From Candidatus Omnitrophota bacterium (lineage in GTDB: Bacteria; Omnitrophota; Gorgyraeia; JAZDFF01), in assembly GCA_043808095.1 (NCBI GenBank), contig JAZDFF010000020.1:26624-90623 (forward strand): a DNA stretch of 64,000 nt, given 5' to 3'. Every line of letters starts with the position of its first letter. Position 1 is the stretch's first letter. Shown one piece after another: positions 9,230 through 19,944 of this stretch. The notes under the pieces were generated by a model that saw nothing but the letters and a program-made list of their open reading frames with translations, did no database searches and was not told the DNA's origin. Position numbers and translations under genes: made by a program.

Positions 9230-9619
9230 ATGACAGAAAAATTGGTTGCAATAGGGAGAAGAAAAGAGGCAGTGGCCCGGGTAGAGTTAGTCGCGGGCGC
9301 AGGCCGAATTAAAGTAAATAATTCTCCTCTTGATAAATATTTTAAGAGAGAAACCGACGTGATTTATATTAAACAACCTTTTGTGATTACGAATACTATG
9401 AATAAATTTGATATCCTTGCCAAGGTAAAAGGAGGAGGTATTTCTGGCCAGGCCGGGGCACTGCGCCTTGGTATTGCCAGGGCATTACTTTTATCTGATA
9501 ATGCCCTAAAGCAGACCCTGAGGAGGTCCGGGCTACTTACCCGGGATTCGCGCACGAAGGAGCGCAAGAAATACGGCCAGAAAGGCGCAAGGAAAAGATT
9601 CCAGTGGACTAAGCGGTAA
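9230..9619 (+). CDS. rpsI: 30S ribosomal protein S9
   Basis: C-terminus [11 protein letters not shown] and the [10 protein letters not shown] motif; it follows rplM directly as in the conserved operon. Confidence 0.9.
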   Translation: MTEKLVAIGRRKEAVARVELVAGAGRIKVNNSPLDKYFKRETDVIYIKQPFVITNTMNKFDILAKVKGGGISGQAGALRLGIARALLLSDNALKQTLRRSGLLTRDSRTKERKKYGQKGARKRFQWTKR

Positions 9620-9676
9620 GATTTATATGAATTGATTTTTTAGTTTTAAGTTTTAACTTTTGCTTTTTTAATCTGG

Positions 9677-9716
9677 CCTATCTCGGCGAAAATTGTATTG
9701 ACGAGATGGGTTTTTT
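9677..9716 (+). terminator. rho-independent terminator after rpsI
   Basis: The stem cctatctcg/cgagatggg is followed by TTTTTT. Confidence 0.5.
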
Positions 9717-9726
9717 ATTTTATGAT
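9698..9726 (+). promoter_or_regulatory. candidate sigma70 promoter (TTGACG-17-TATGAT) upstream of the arg operon
   Basis: Near-consensus -35 and -10 hexamers with a 17-nt spacer, about 220 nt upstream of argC. It overlaps the 3' arm of the rpsI terminator. Confidence 0.4.
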
Positions 9727-9947
9727 TAATGAGAATACCCGACGAATCATCGGAGTATATTCGAGCTACCCCTTGCTTAGACCCTTACCTAATAGAAATG
9801 GGTAAGGTCTATCCTTTAGGATTAAGCTTTAGGGTTTCCCGCTACAATAGTTTTAAGACAGTTAGCGGGATCCCGCTACTAAGTTTATAGCTTTGAAGTG
9901 GGAAAATCCACCCATGGTACCATCGAGACTAATTTAAGGAGAAGGCT

Positions 9948-10970
9948 ATGTTAAGAGTAGGCATTTTAGGTGCCACCGGCTATGCCGGAGAAGAATTGAT
10001 TAAGATTTTATTGAAGCATCCAAAAGTAAAAATTACCTATTTAGCGGCTAAAGTCGACGCCCCGCAGGAAATTGCTAAAATTTTTCCTCATTTTGCGGGA
10101 AAAATAAGGTTAATCTGTGATAGTTTAAACATCAATACCGCTATCCGGTTATGTGACCTTATATTTTTGGCCTTGCCGCATACCGTCTCTATGCAGGTTG
10201 CGCCAAAATTTCTGGCCGCCGGAAAGAAGGTAATCGATTTAAGCGCTGACTATCGGCTTAGAGATATATCCGTTTATAAGGCTTGGTATAACACTAGCCA
10301 CAAAGATAAAAAGAATCTATCTGCGGCTGTCTATGGATTACCTGAGTTCTACCGAGAAAAAATAAAAAAAGCTTGCCTTGTGGCTAATCCGGGTTGTTAT
10401 CCGACTGCGGCGATTTTAGCCATAGCGCCGGTAGTAGTTAGTGAGGCTGTGGATCTTAAATCTATAATTATTGACGCCAAGTCCGGCCTAACCGGTGCAG
10501 GCAGAAAGGCAAGTTTTGATTATTTCTTCTCGGAGATTAATGAGAATGTTTTGGCCTATAAGATAAATAGCCATCAGCATATGCCTGAGATAAATCAGGA
10601 ATTGACGAGATTAACACGTTCAAAGGTAAAAGTAAATTTCATTCCGCAGATTGTGCCTTTAAATAGAGGTATACTTGAGACGATTTATATTAAACTGAAT
10701 AATGATGCCACGGCTGCGTCTTTAATAAGTTTATACCGCAAGTTCTATAAAAACGAACCCTTTATAAGGATTAAGAATGAAGGGGAGCTACCTACGCTTA
10801 AAGACGTAGTCTCAACGAACTTCTGCGATATCGGCATAAAATTTGTCAAAGAAAATAAATTAATGATTATTGTCAGCTGTATCGATAATCTTACTAAAGG
10901 CGCGGCAGGCCAGGCTGTCCAGAATATGAATATTATGTTCGATTTTGGCGAAACAACTTCTTTGTTATGA
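9948..10970 (+). CDS. argC: N-acetyl-gamma-glutamyl-phosphate reductase
   Basis: N-terminus GILGATGYAGEEL, the active-site region PGCYPTA, and the 340-aa length. Confidence 0.88.
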   Translation: MLRVGILGATGYAGEELIKILLKHPKVKITYLAAKVDAPQEIAKIFPHFAGKIRLICDSLNINTAIRLCDLIFLALPHTVSMQVAPKFLAAGKKVIDLSADYRLRDISVYKAWYNTSHKDKKNLSAAVYGLPEFYREKIKKACLVANPGCYPTAAILAIAPVVVSEAVDLKSIIIDAKSGLTGAGRKASFDYFFSEINENVLAYKINSHQHMPEINQELTRLTRSKVKVNFIPQIVPLNRGILETIYIKLNNDATAASLISLYRKFYKNEPFIRIKNEGELPTLKDVVSTNFCDIGIKFVKENKLMIIVSCIDNLTKGAAGQAVQNMNIMFDFGETTSLL

Positions 10971-12121
10971 AAAAAACAACTAGCGGGATAACTAAGCCTA
11001 AAGGTTTTTTAGCTAACGGCATATCTTGCGGGATAAAGAAATCCGGCAAGAAGGACCTTGCGCTGATTTATTCTACAACATTAGCCAAGGCAGCAGGTGT
11101 ATTTACTAAAAACCAGATAAAGGCAGCGCCGCTTTTAGTTACAATCAACCATCTTAAAGACCACTTGGCCCAGGCCGTAATTATTAATAGCGGAAATGCA
11201 AATTGTTTTACGAAAAAACCAGGCCTTAATGATGCCATTTTAACCGCTAAACTTACATCCAAGAGATTAAGAGTAAAGGCTGAGGATGTGCTTGTTGCCT
11301 CAACGGGTATTATCGGTAAAAGGCTGCCCATGGATAAGATAAAAAAGGGTATTTCTGTTTTGGCAGATGGCCTGAATCGGGACGGCAATAATAATGCCGG
11401 CTCAGCCATTATGACTACTGATAAAGCGAGAAAAAGCATTGCTGTTAGTTTCAAGCTGGGAAATAAATCTGTAAGTATAGGAGCCATAGCCAAAGGCGCA
11501 GGCATGATTTATCCGCATTTGGCAAATTATCCGAGCGCAACCATGCTTTGTTTTATTACTACCGATGCCAATATCAGTATTTTGACCCTAAACACTGCCT
11601 TGGTTAATGCGGTGGATAAATCGTTTAATTCGATTAGCGTTGACGGCTGTACCAGCACCAATGACACGGTTTTAATTTTGGCCAACGGCCAGGCAGAAAA
11701 TAAAATTATTAAGAAGGATACCAGAGACTTTAAGGTATTTAGCGAGGCTCTGAATTTTGTCTGCCTTGAGTTAGCAAAAAAGATAGTTAAAGACGCTGAA
11801 GGCGCAACCAAATTTATACAAATTGAGATAAACGGGGCTTCGACTGAAAGAGAGGCAAAAAGAGCCGCATTTTCAATAGCCAACTCCAATCTCTTTAAGA
11901 CTGCCTGTTACGGCAATAATCCCAATTGGGGAAGGATTGTGGCGGCATTAGGTTCAAGCGGCGTAAAGATAGTTGAGTCGAGTTTAAATTTCAGCTTTAG
12001 CCCGTTTAAGAAGAAAGAAATCAAGGTTTCAGTTAACTTAAATCGCGGTAAAAATCGCGCAACAGTCTATACCTCGGATTTAACTCCTGAGTACGTCAGG
12101 ATTAATGCCCAGTATAGTTAA
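10967..12121 (+). CDS. argJ: bifunctional glutamate N-acetyltransferase / ornithine acetyltransferase
   Basis: ArgJ family with the autocatalytic cleavage region ..ATMLCFITTDA... Its start overlaps the argC stop by 4 nt. Confidence 0.88.
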   Translation: MKKTTSGITKPKGFLANGISCGIKKSGKKDLALIYSTTLAKAAGVFTKNQIKAAPLLVTINHLKDHLAQAVIINSGNANCFTKKPGLNDAILTAKLTSKRLRVKAEDVLVASTGIIGKRLPMDKIKKGISVLADGLNRDGNNNAGSAIMTTDKARKSIAVSFKLGNKSVSIGAIAKGAGMIYPHLANYPSATMLCFITTDANISILTLNTALVNAVDKSFNSISVDGCTSTNDTVLILANGQAENKIIKKDTRDFKVFSEALNFVCLELAKKIVKDAEGATKFIQIEINGASTEREAKRAAFSIANSNLFKTACYGNNPNWGRIVAALGSSGVKIVESSLNFSFSPFKKKEIKVSVNLNRGKNRATVYTSDLTPEYVRINAQYS

Positions 12122-12223
12122 AAACGCGAATTTACGCGAATCAAACGCTAATATTCGCGAATAAAATATTAGCGTGAATTCGCGTTCCCTGCCGGCAGGC
12201 AGGGATTAGCGAAAATTAGCGAC

Positions 12224-13081
12224 ATGGAAGAGATAATCAGAAAAGCAGATGTCTTAATCGAGGCCCTTCCTTATATCAAGGCCTTTCATAAAAAGATTCT
12301 GGTAATAAAATACGGTGGGAGCATCCTGGGTGAGGATAAGATCAGACTATCAGTCTTAGAGGATATTGTATTTTTAAGTTATATGGGCCTTGAGCCCGTA
12401 TTAGTCCATGGTGGCGGCCCAAGCATCACCGACAAATTAAAAGAGGTCGGCAAGAAAACAGAATTCGTGGATGGAATGCGCGTGACTGATAGCGAAACCC
12501 TAAATATCGTACGTTTGGAGTTAGATAAATTAAACGCGCAAATTGTTAAAGAAATCATTGAGCTTGGCTCCGAGGCAGAGGGCTTCGGCAAAGATGCTAA
12601 TATAATTCAGGTGAAAAAGAAAAAGATTAAGGCAAAAAAAGACTTGGGTTTTGTAGGAGAGATTATTGAAATTGATGCCAAACCTATAAAGGATGCAATT
12701 AAAAAAGGCAAGATCCCGGTGATTTCTCCCATGGGAATAGCCTCGGATAAAAAGGCCTATAATGTCAATGCTGATGAGGCGGCTTATTTTGTGGCAAAAG
12801 CGCTCAATGCAGAGAAAATTGTGTTATTGACCAATGTTAAGGGGATCATGCGCAACCCCGAGGATGTGAATTCTTTTATCCCAACCTTGACCATCCAGGA
12901 GGCAAAAAATTTAATCCAGGAGGCAATCGTCCAGGAAGGAATGATTCCAAAGATTAACGCCGCGATTTGGGCACTTGAAAGCGGAGTTAAAAAAGCCCAT
13001 GTTATTGATGCGCGGCTTTCTCACGCGTTATTACTCGAGATATTTACGGATAGAGGAATCGGAACGGAAATTATCAGATAA
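12224..13081 (+). CDS. argB: acetylglutamate kinase
   Basis: Amino-acid kinase family (VIKYGGS, VHGGGP, NVNAD motifs) within the arg operon. Confidence 0.88.
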   Translation: MEEIIRKADVLIEALPYIKAFHKKILVIKYGGSILGEDKIRLSVLEDIVFLSYMGLEPVLVHGGGPSITDKLKEVGKKTEFVDGMRVTDSETLNIVRLELDKLNAQIVKEIIELGSEAEGFGKDANIIQVKKKKIKAKKDLGFVGEIIEIDAKPIKDAIKKGKIPVISPMGIASDKKAYNVNADEAAYFVAKALNAEKIVLLTNVKGIMRNPEDVNSFIPTLTIQEAKNLIQEAIVQEGMIPKINAAIWALESGVKKAHVIDARLSHALLLEIFTDRGIGTEIIR

Positions 13082-13223
13082 CTCTAAATCAAAAGATTCA
13101 AGGGTTAGGAAGGGATAGGATGGGTTAGAAGAGGTTAGTAGGGTTTTAAAAAATCTCCCTTACTTACCCGTACTGTCCCTTACTACACCTTACTATCCCT
13201 TAAACGAGGATTTTAAATCTGAA

Positions 13224-14405
13224 ATGAAGGCGCAAGAGGTTTTTGATACTTATAAAGAACATATTTTACCCACTTATACCAAATTTCCTTTAATCTTCGT
13301 TAAGGGAAAAGGCAGTTGTCTCTGGGATGTCCACGGGAGGAAGTACCTGGATTTTTTCCCGGGCTGGGGAGTAGGCAGTCTCGGTCACTGCCATCCCAAG
13401 GTAATGGCGGCAGTCAGAGACCAGGTCTCTAAACTGATTTTTGTTGCCAACAATTATTATAATTTGCCCCAGGCAAAATTAGCCAAGGAATTGAATTTCT
13501 GGGCAGGTAGTAATTACAAGGTATTTTTCTGTAATTCCGGGGCCGAGGCCAATGAAGGGGCCATAAAATTAAGCAGAAAATTCGGCCAGGGCCGTTACGA
13601 GATTATTACATTTTTAGATTCGTTTCACGGACGAACCTTGGCGACTTTAACCGCTACGGGCCAACCAAAATATCAGGAAGGTTTTTCGCCTTTGCCCGCG
13701 GGTTTTAAGACCGTAAAATTTAATGACCTTAATGCAGTTAAAAATGCCTTAAGTGATAAGACCGTGGCCATAATGTTAGAATTAATCCAGGGCGAAGGCG
13801 GAATCAATATTGCAGGTCGTGATTTTGTCTTGGGGTTGCGTAAAATTTGCGATGAGAATAATCTCCTTCTTATTGTAGATGAGGTTCAGACCGGAATCGC
13901 AAGAACCGGCAAGATGTTCGCTTGGCAGAATTTCGGGGTTACTGCGGATATTTTTACCCTGGCCAAGGCTCTAGGCGGAGGCCTGCCTATAGGCGCGATG
14001 ATGGCTAAAAAAGAGATTGCGGATTTACTCGGACCGGGAATGCATGCCTCAACTTTCGGAGGCGGCCCGGTTATCTGTAAGGCTGCCTTAGCAGTTTTAA
14101 AGGCCATACAGAAAGAAAAATTATTCACTAATACCGAGAAGATGGGCGAATATCTAGAAGCCAAACTCAATGAGCTAAAAGACAAATACCCCATAATTAA
14201 AGAGGTGCGGGGCATGGGCCTTATGTGGGGCGTAGAATTAAATAAAGAAGGAAAACCCATAGTCGAGGAGTGCATAAAGAAAGGCCTACTTATTAATTGT
14301 ATGCATGAAAAAGTATTACGTCTTATGCCGGCATTAAATATCACAAAAAAAGAGATAGATTTAGCAGTTAAAATCTTGGATAATGTATTGAGGGACGCGA
14401 ATTAA
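13224..14405 (+). CDS. argD: acetylornithine aminotransferase
   Basis: Class-III PLP aminotransferase with DEVQTGIARTGK (PLP lysine region) and CNSGAEANE. Confidence 0.88.
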   Translation: MKAQEVFDTYKEHILPTYTKFPLIFVKGKGSCLWDVHGRKYLDFFPGWGVGSLGHCHPKVMAAVRDQVSKLIFVANNYYNLPQAKLAKELNFWAGSNYKVFFCNSGAEANEGAIKLSRKFGQGRYEIITFLDSFHGRTLATLTATGQPKYQEGFSPLPAGFKTVKFNDLNAVKNALSDKTVAIMLELIQGEGGINIAGRDFVLGLRKICDENNLLLIVDEVQTGIARTGKMFAWQNFGVTADIFTLAKALGGGLPIGAMMAKKEIADLLGPGMHASTFGGGPVICKAALAVLKAIQKEKLFTNTEKMGEYLEAKLNELKDKYPIIKEVRGMGLMWGVELNKEGKPIVEECIKKGLLINCMHEKVLRLMPALNITKKEIDLAVKILDNVLRDAN

Positions 14406-14539
14406 CGCTAATCCCCGCCTGCCTGATAAAAGACAGGTAACACGAATTTTCACTAATTAAATATTTGTGGAAATTAGTGTGTGATTCGTGAAAATTTCCG
14501 CCGCAGGTGGATTAGCCTACGGCTAAAGCGTTTAAAAAA

Positions 14540-15463
14540 ATGAAAGACTTTATTTCAGTAAAAGACCTAAATAAAAACGAGATTGATGAGATTTTATCGC
14601 TTGCCGCAGAGATTAAGAAAAACCCGCTTAATTTTTCTACGGCCCTAAAAGGCAAGAGCCTGGCGCTTATTTTTGAAAAGTCCTCAAACAGAACCTATGT
14701 CTCTTTTCAGGTCGGCATGTTTGAATTGGGCGGCAATTCCATATATCTGGGGCCGGAGCATATTAAGTTAGGCCAACGCGAATCTGTGCATGATGTGGCC
14801 AAGACCTTAAGCCGTTATGCCGGGGCAATAGTTTTACGAACATTCTCCCATGACACCGTTTTAGAGATGGCAAGATTTGCCAGTATCCCGGTAATTAACG
14901 GATTGTCGGATTTATCGCATCCTTGTCAGGCCATGTCCGATATCTTTACCCTAAAGGAAAAATTCAACACGTTTAACGATAAAACCTTGGCTTATATCGG
15001 CGACGGAAATAATGTCTGTCACTCCCTGCTTTATGCCTGTGCCAAAGTCGGTCTTAACTTTAAAATAGCAACGCCTAAGAAATATGAACCGGCTCCTGAG
15101 ATTGTAAAGGCAGCCAAAAGAATAACAGAAGAATCCGGTGCAAAAATAAGTTTATTCAATAAGCCCCAAGAGGCAGCAGTTGATGCGGATGTTATCTATA
15201 CGGATGTCTGGGCATCAATGGGCCAGGAAAAAGAAGCAGCCACAAGAAAAAAATATTTTAAAGCCTTTCAAATAAATAAAAAATTGGTCTCTTTGGCTAA
15301 GAAGGACTGCCTAATTATGCATTGTCTGCCTGCGCATCGGGGCCAGGAGATTGCCTATGAGGTAATCGACAGTAAAAATTCCATTGTCTTTGACCAGGCA
15401 GAGAATAGATTACATGTACAGAAGGCGATATTAATTAAGCTATTAAAAGGAGGCGAAGGTTAA
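14540..15463 (+). CDS. argF: ornithine carbamoyltransferase
   Basis: OTCase signature motifs: STRT, HPCQ, HCLP. Confidence 0.88.
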   Translation: MKDFISVKDLNKNEIDEILSLAAEIKKNPLNFSTALKGKSLALIFEKSSNRTYVSFQVGMFELGGNSIYLGPEHIKLGQRESVHDVAKTLSRYAGAIVLRTFSHDTVLEMARFASIPVINGLSDLSHPCQAMSDIFTLKEKFNTFNDKTLAYIGDGNNVCHSLLYACAKVGLNFKIATPKKYEPAPEIVKAAKRITEESGAKISLFNKPQEAAVDADVIYTDVWASMGQEKEAATRKKYFKAFQINKKLVSLAKKDCLIMHCLPAHRGQEIAYEVIDSKNSIVFDQAENRLHVQKAILIKLLKGGEG

Positions 15464-15603
15464 GTTCGAAGCACGAAGCACGAAATTCGAAACAAATTCT
15501 AATTTTTTAAATGCTCAAAACGTAACTTTTGGTCATTCAGATTTTGGTCATTTGAAAATTGTTTCGGATTTCGATATTCGGATTTCGGATTTATAATTTA
15601 GAG

Positions 15604-16779
15604 ATGAAGAAAGTCATATTAGCTTATTCCGGCGGACTTGATACCTCCTGCGCCATCAGATGGCTGAAAGAGCAAGGTTATGAGGTAATCTGCTTTATCG
15701 CGGATTTAGGCCAGGCAGAGGATTTCGAGGCTATTGAGAAGCGGGGCCTGAAAGCCGGCGCATCCAAGGTTTATATCAAGGATCTGCAGGATGAATTTAT
15801 TAAAGATTTTATTCTTCCTGCCTTAAAGGCCAATGCCATTTACGAGGGAAAGTATTTATTGGCGACTGCATTAGGAAGACCTTTGATTGCGAAGTATCTG
15901 GTTGCGATCGCCCATAAAGAGCATGCCCAGGCCATATCCCACGGCTGCACCGGAAAAGGCAATGACCAGGTGAGATTTGAAGTGACTGCCGGGATATTAG
16001 ACCCCAAATTGGAGATTATTGCCCCGGTGAGAGTTTGGGAATTTAAATCGCGGGATGAAGAAATTGTTTACGCGCATATGTATAATATCCCCATCAATGT
16101 CACCAAGAAAAAACCTTACAGTATTGACAGAAATCTCTGGGGTATCAGCATTGAGGCGGGAGTATTGGAGGATTTAGAAAAAGAGCCGCCTGAGGATGCC
16201 TATTTGATTACTAAAGGCCCGACGCACATCTCGAGTTTTCCTAAATATATCGAGGTTTCTTTTCAAAAAGGCGCGCCTCGTAAAATAGACGGAAAATCAT
16301 ACAGTCTGAAAAATATCATCAATGAATTGAATGAACTCGGGGGTTTCCACGGCATAGGAAGAAGCGACCTCGTTGAAAATAGACTGGTAGGGATTAAATC
16401 GAGAGAAATCTATGAGGCCCCGGCTGCTACTATTCTTTATACTGCGCACAAAGAACTAGAGAGCTTGGTTTTAGACCGGGAGCTCGCGCATTTTAAAGAA
16501 ATTGTTTCATTAAAATATTCGGAACTCGTATATTATGGACTCTGGTATACGCCGCTAAAGGATGCCTTGGATGGTTTTGTCAACTCAACGCAAAAATACG
16601 TATCCGGTTCGGTAAAGTTGAAATTATTTAAGGGAAATTGCGTTGCGGTCTCCCGAAAGTCAATACATTCGCTTTATAAAAAAGAATTAAGCACCTACGG
16701 CAAAGAGGATAAATTCGACCAGAAACTTGCTGAAGGTTTTATCAAGATCTGGGGCATGCCTTATATAAAAACAAAGTAG
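15604..16779 (+). CDS. argG: argininosuccinate synthase
   Basis: N-terminal PP-loop AYSGGLDTS. The start was placed at MKKVILAYSGG; the 15 upstream codons in the tracked ORF read through a repeat region. Confidence 0.88.
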   Translation: MKKVILAYSGGLDTSCAIRWLKEQGYEVICFIADLGQAEDFEAIEKRGLKAGASKVYIKDLQDEFIKDFILPALKANAIYEGKYLLATALGRPLIAKYLVAIAHKEHAQAISHGCTGKGNDQVRFEVTAGILDPKLEIIAPVRVWEFKSRDEEIVYAHMYNIPINVTKKKPYSIDRNLWGISIEAGVLEDLEKEPPEDAYLITKGPTHISSFPKYIEVSFQKGAPRKIDGKSYSLKNIINELNELGGFHGIGRSDLVENRLVGIKSREIYEAPAATILYTAHKELESLVLDRELAHFKEIVSLKYSELVYYGLWYTPLKDALDGFVNSTQKYVSGSVKLKLFKGNCVAVSRKSIHSLYKKELSTYGKEDKFDQKLAEGFIKIWGMPYIKTK

Positions 16780-17011
16780 AGAGGAGTGGTTCGACAAACT
16801 CACCATCCCTCTCCCTCGCTGTACTCGGGATCCTTCTAGGGATCCTGAACGAATGTGAAGGAGAACCATCCCGAGCGACCCATTCGACAAGCTCAGGGTC
16901 ATCCTGAGCAAGCTCGCCAAAGGCGAGCGCGTCGAAGGACGACGTCGAGGGACAAGAGACGAGTAGCGAGAAAAATTTCTCTATTCTCTACTAATAAAGG
17001 ATGATAAGAAA

Positions 17012-18403
17012 ATGGCAAAAAAATTATGGGGGAGTAGATTTACGAAGGGGACATGCGCCTTAACGGATAAATTCACCTCGAGTATTTCTTTTGATAAGCG
17101 GCTGGCTAAATACGATATTATTGGCAGTATTGCTCATGCCAAAATGCTGGCAAAGCAGAAGATTATCGCTAAAAAAGATTCCGGCATGATCGTCAAAGGC
17201 CTTAATTCAATTTTAAAAAAAATAGATAGTGGCGGATTTAAGTTTGATATGCAATCAGAGGACGTCCATTCCAATATCCAGGATGTCCTTTACAAGAAAA
17301 TCGGCAAGCCCGCTTTAAAATTACATACTGCCCGCTCAAGAAATGACCAGATCGCCTTAGATATCAGGATGTACTTGATGGATGAGGTTCGCGCCTTATT
17401 CAGATTAACGGTTTCTTTACAGAAGTCCATACTTAAATTTGGCAAAAAGAACTCAAAGGTCATTATCCCGGGCTATACGCATCTGCAAATAGCCCAGTGC
17501 GTGCTGCTGGCGCATCATTTGTTGGCCTATATTGAAAGTCTGGAAAGGGATAAGGCAAGACTTATTGATGCAGAAAAAAGAATCAACCAGATGCCTTTAG
17601 GTAGCGGCGCGCTTTCCGGAACAGGTTTACCCATTGACCGGGAATTCGTAAGAAGAGAACTTGACTTTCAGGGCGTCACCGATAACAGTATTGATAGCGT
17701 CAGCGACCGGGATTTTATTATTGAGATATTGGCGGACTTATCGATTCTGTCGATACATTTATCGCGCATAGCCGAAGATTTAATCCTCTGGTCGACAAAA
17801 GAGTTTAATTTTATCGAAATAGATTTTTCTTATTGTACCGGCTCAAGCATTATGCCCCATAAAAAGAATCCGGATGTTCTAGAGTTAATCCGGGGTTATG
17901 TGGGAAGAATCCACGGCGACCTATCGAGCGTAATGATTCTCATGAAGGGCCTGCCGTTTTCCTATAATCGTGATTTGCAGTTAGACAAACCGCCGTTATT
18001 TAATTCTATTGATACGGTTAAGGATATTCTGGCGATTTTAGCGCGGATCTTTAATAACATCAAGATAAATAGCAAGGAACTTGCGTTAAAACTAATGGAT
18101 GAATCTTTGTTTTCCGTGGATATCGTGGAATATTTGATTAGAAAAGGCCTGTCGCATCGGGAGGCCCATGATATCGTAGGCAGGATGGTTAAGGATTGCC
18201 TAGATAAGGGAAGAAAAATCTCGGGTCTTTCGGGCCGCGAACTTAAAAAATATTCCCCGAAATTAGAAACAGATGTCAGAAGAATACTTAATGCCTGGGC
18301 CTCGGTGAGTCTTAAGACCTCTCATGGCGGGACAAGCCCGAAGCTTGTGGCAAGACAAATTAATATCTGGAGTAAGAGACTATCCGCCTCCGCATGCCAC
18401 TAA
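17012..18403 (+). CDS. argH: argininosuccinate lyase
   Basis: Fumarate-lyase signature GSSIMPHKKNPD and the 463-aa length. Confidence 0.88.
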   Translation: MAKKLWGSRFTKGTCALTDKFTSSISFDKRLAKYDIIGSIAHAKMLAKQKIIAKKDSGMIVKGLNSILKKIDSGGFKFDMQSEDVHSNIQDVLYKKIGKPALKLHTARSRNDQIALDIRMYLMDEVRALFRLTVSLQKSILKFGKKNSKVIIPGYTHLQIAQCVLLAHHLLAYIESLERDKARLIDAEKRINQMPLGSGALSGTGLPIDREFVRRELDFQGVTDNSIDSVSDRDFIIEILADLSILSIHLSRIAEDLILWSTKEFNFIEIDFSYCTGSSIMPHKKNPDVLELIRGYVGRIHGDLSSVMILMKGLPFSYNRDLQLDKPPLFNSIDTVKDILAILARIFNNIKINSKELALKLMDESLFSVDIVEYLIRKGLSHREAHDIVGRMVKDCLDKGRKISGLSGRELKKYSPKLETDVRRILNAWASVSLKTSHGGTSPKLVARQINIWSKRLSASACH

Positions 18404-18587
18404 ATAATGGCGGACTTCCCTGCCTGCCCCGAGAAATTCGGAGAATTTCCGGGACTAAGTCCTTGGAATTTTACAATGTAAAATTCCTAAGGACCGGCAG
18501 GCAGGGGTGGATTTCACTAAATTTTTGGTTTAGTCTTGATAGACCAGGACAGAATTAGGTATTGTTGGTTTTTATTAAGGTGTTCAA

Positions 18588-19847
18588 ATGCATGAATTTC
18601 GTTATCAAAAAAGTGCTCTTTATTGTGAAAAACTGAGGCTCTTAGATTTAGCGAGCCGTTATGAGACGCCTTTATATGTTTATAGCTATAAAACTCTCAT
18701 TGACCACTTTCGTAAATTGAGAGAGGCGTTTCGTTCCATCGATGCGCTTATTTGCTATTCGGTTAAGGCCAATTCGAATCTATCAATCCTAAAGGCCCTG
18801 GTGAATGAGGGTGCGGGCCTTGATATTGTTTCTGGGGGCGAGCTCTACAGAGCCACTCAGGTAGGCTGCGCTGCGCAAAAAATTGTTTATGCCTCAGTGG
18901 GCAAAACAGACAGGGAGATAGAAGAGGCAGCAAGACTGGGGATTTTGTTTTTTAATGTTGAGTCTCTTGCGGAACTCCTTAATATCAATAGAATATCAGC
19001 CAGGTTAAACCGGGTCAGCCAGGTTGCCATACGCATCAATCCCGATGTAGAGCCGAAAACTCATAAATATATCACAACCGGAAAACTTACCAACAAATTC
19101 GGCATAGATTTCCAGAGCGCTTATAAGATTTTTTTGTTGCGTAAGAAATTCCCTAATTTGGATATCTGCGGTTTGCATATTCATATCGGTTCCCAGATTA
19201 CCCGAAGCCAGCCTTATGTTGCGGCAATTGGCAAGATGGTTAGCTTTATCCAGAGTTTGAGGATGATAAACGTAAATCTCAAGTATTTTAATATCGGGGG
19301 AGGCCTGGGTATTGTCTATGATAACGAAACGCCCCAGACCGCAGAAAAATTCGCTAAAAAAGTTTTGCCATTATTAAGGAAAACCGGTCTTAATATAATC
19401 TTAGAGCCGGGCAGGTTTATTGTAGGCAATGCCGGAGTCCTGGTTACGAAAGTGCTTTATATTAAAGAGACGAAGAAGAAAAAATTCGTGATTGTGGATG
19501 CCGGGATGAATGATTTGATTCGGCCGGCGCTATACGAGGCTTACCATCAGATCCTGCCTCTTAAAATTAACAGCGGTAGCAAAAATTTAGAAAAAGTCGA
19601 TGTGGTCGGACCGATCTGCGAAAGCGCGGATTTTTTTGCCAAGGACAGGCGCCTGCCGAAATTTAGGCAAGGCGAATATCTTGCCATTATGGGTTGCGGC
19701 GCTTACGGATTCAGTATGTCCAGTAACTATAATTCCAGAAAAATGGCCGAAGAAGTAATGGTGGTAAAAGATAATACCTTTGTGATTAGAGAAAGAGACA
19801 CCTACGAAGACCTTATCCGTAATGAGAAAATCTTGTTATCCTTTTAG
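18588..19847 (+). CDS. lysA: diaminopimelate decarboxylase
   Basis: PLP-dependent Orn/DAP decarboxylase with the PLP-lysine region YSVKAN, the HIGSQ motif, and the C-terminal EPGR..CGAYG region. Confidence 0.85.
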   Translation: MHEFRYQKSALYCEKLRLLDLASRYETPLYVYSYKTLIDHFRKLREAFRSIDALICYSVKANSNLSILKALVNEGAGLDIVSGGELYRATQVGCAAQKIVYASVGKTDREIEEAARLGILFFNVESLAELLNINRISARLNRVSQVAIRINPDVEPKTHKYITTGKLTNKFGIDFQSAYKIFLLRKKFPNLDICGLHIHIGSQITRSQPYVAAIGKMVSFIQSLRMINVNLKYFNIGGGLGIVYDNETPQTAEKFAKKVLPLLRKTGLNIILEPGRFIVGNAGVLVTKVLYIKETKKKKFVIVDAGMNDLIRPALYEAYHQILPLKINSGSKNLEKVDVVGPICESADFFAKDRRLPKFRQGEYLAIMGCGAYGFSMSSNYNSRKMAEEVMVVKDNTFVIRERDTYEDLIRNEKILLSF

Positions 19848-19944
19848 GTTTACATATATTGTCGAGAAAATAGCAGTTATATAAACACAGATTATCACAT
19901 ATGCCCGCTGTGAAAAATATTATTAGATAATAAAGAATTATGAG

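Noticed and set aside
16780-17011. Possible small gene or rRNA fragment in the 230-nt argG-argH spacer
   Set aside because: No open frame is present. The sequence consists of ttcgacaagctcag-family repeats that recur at 29640-29800, so it is called a repeat element instead.
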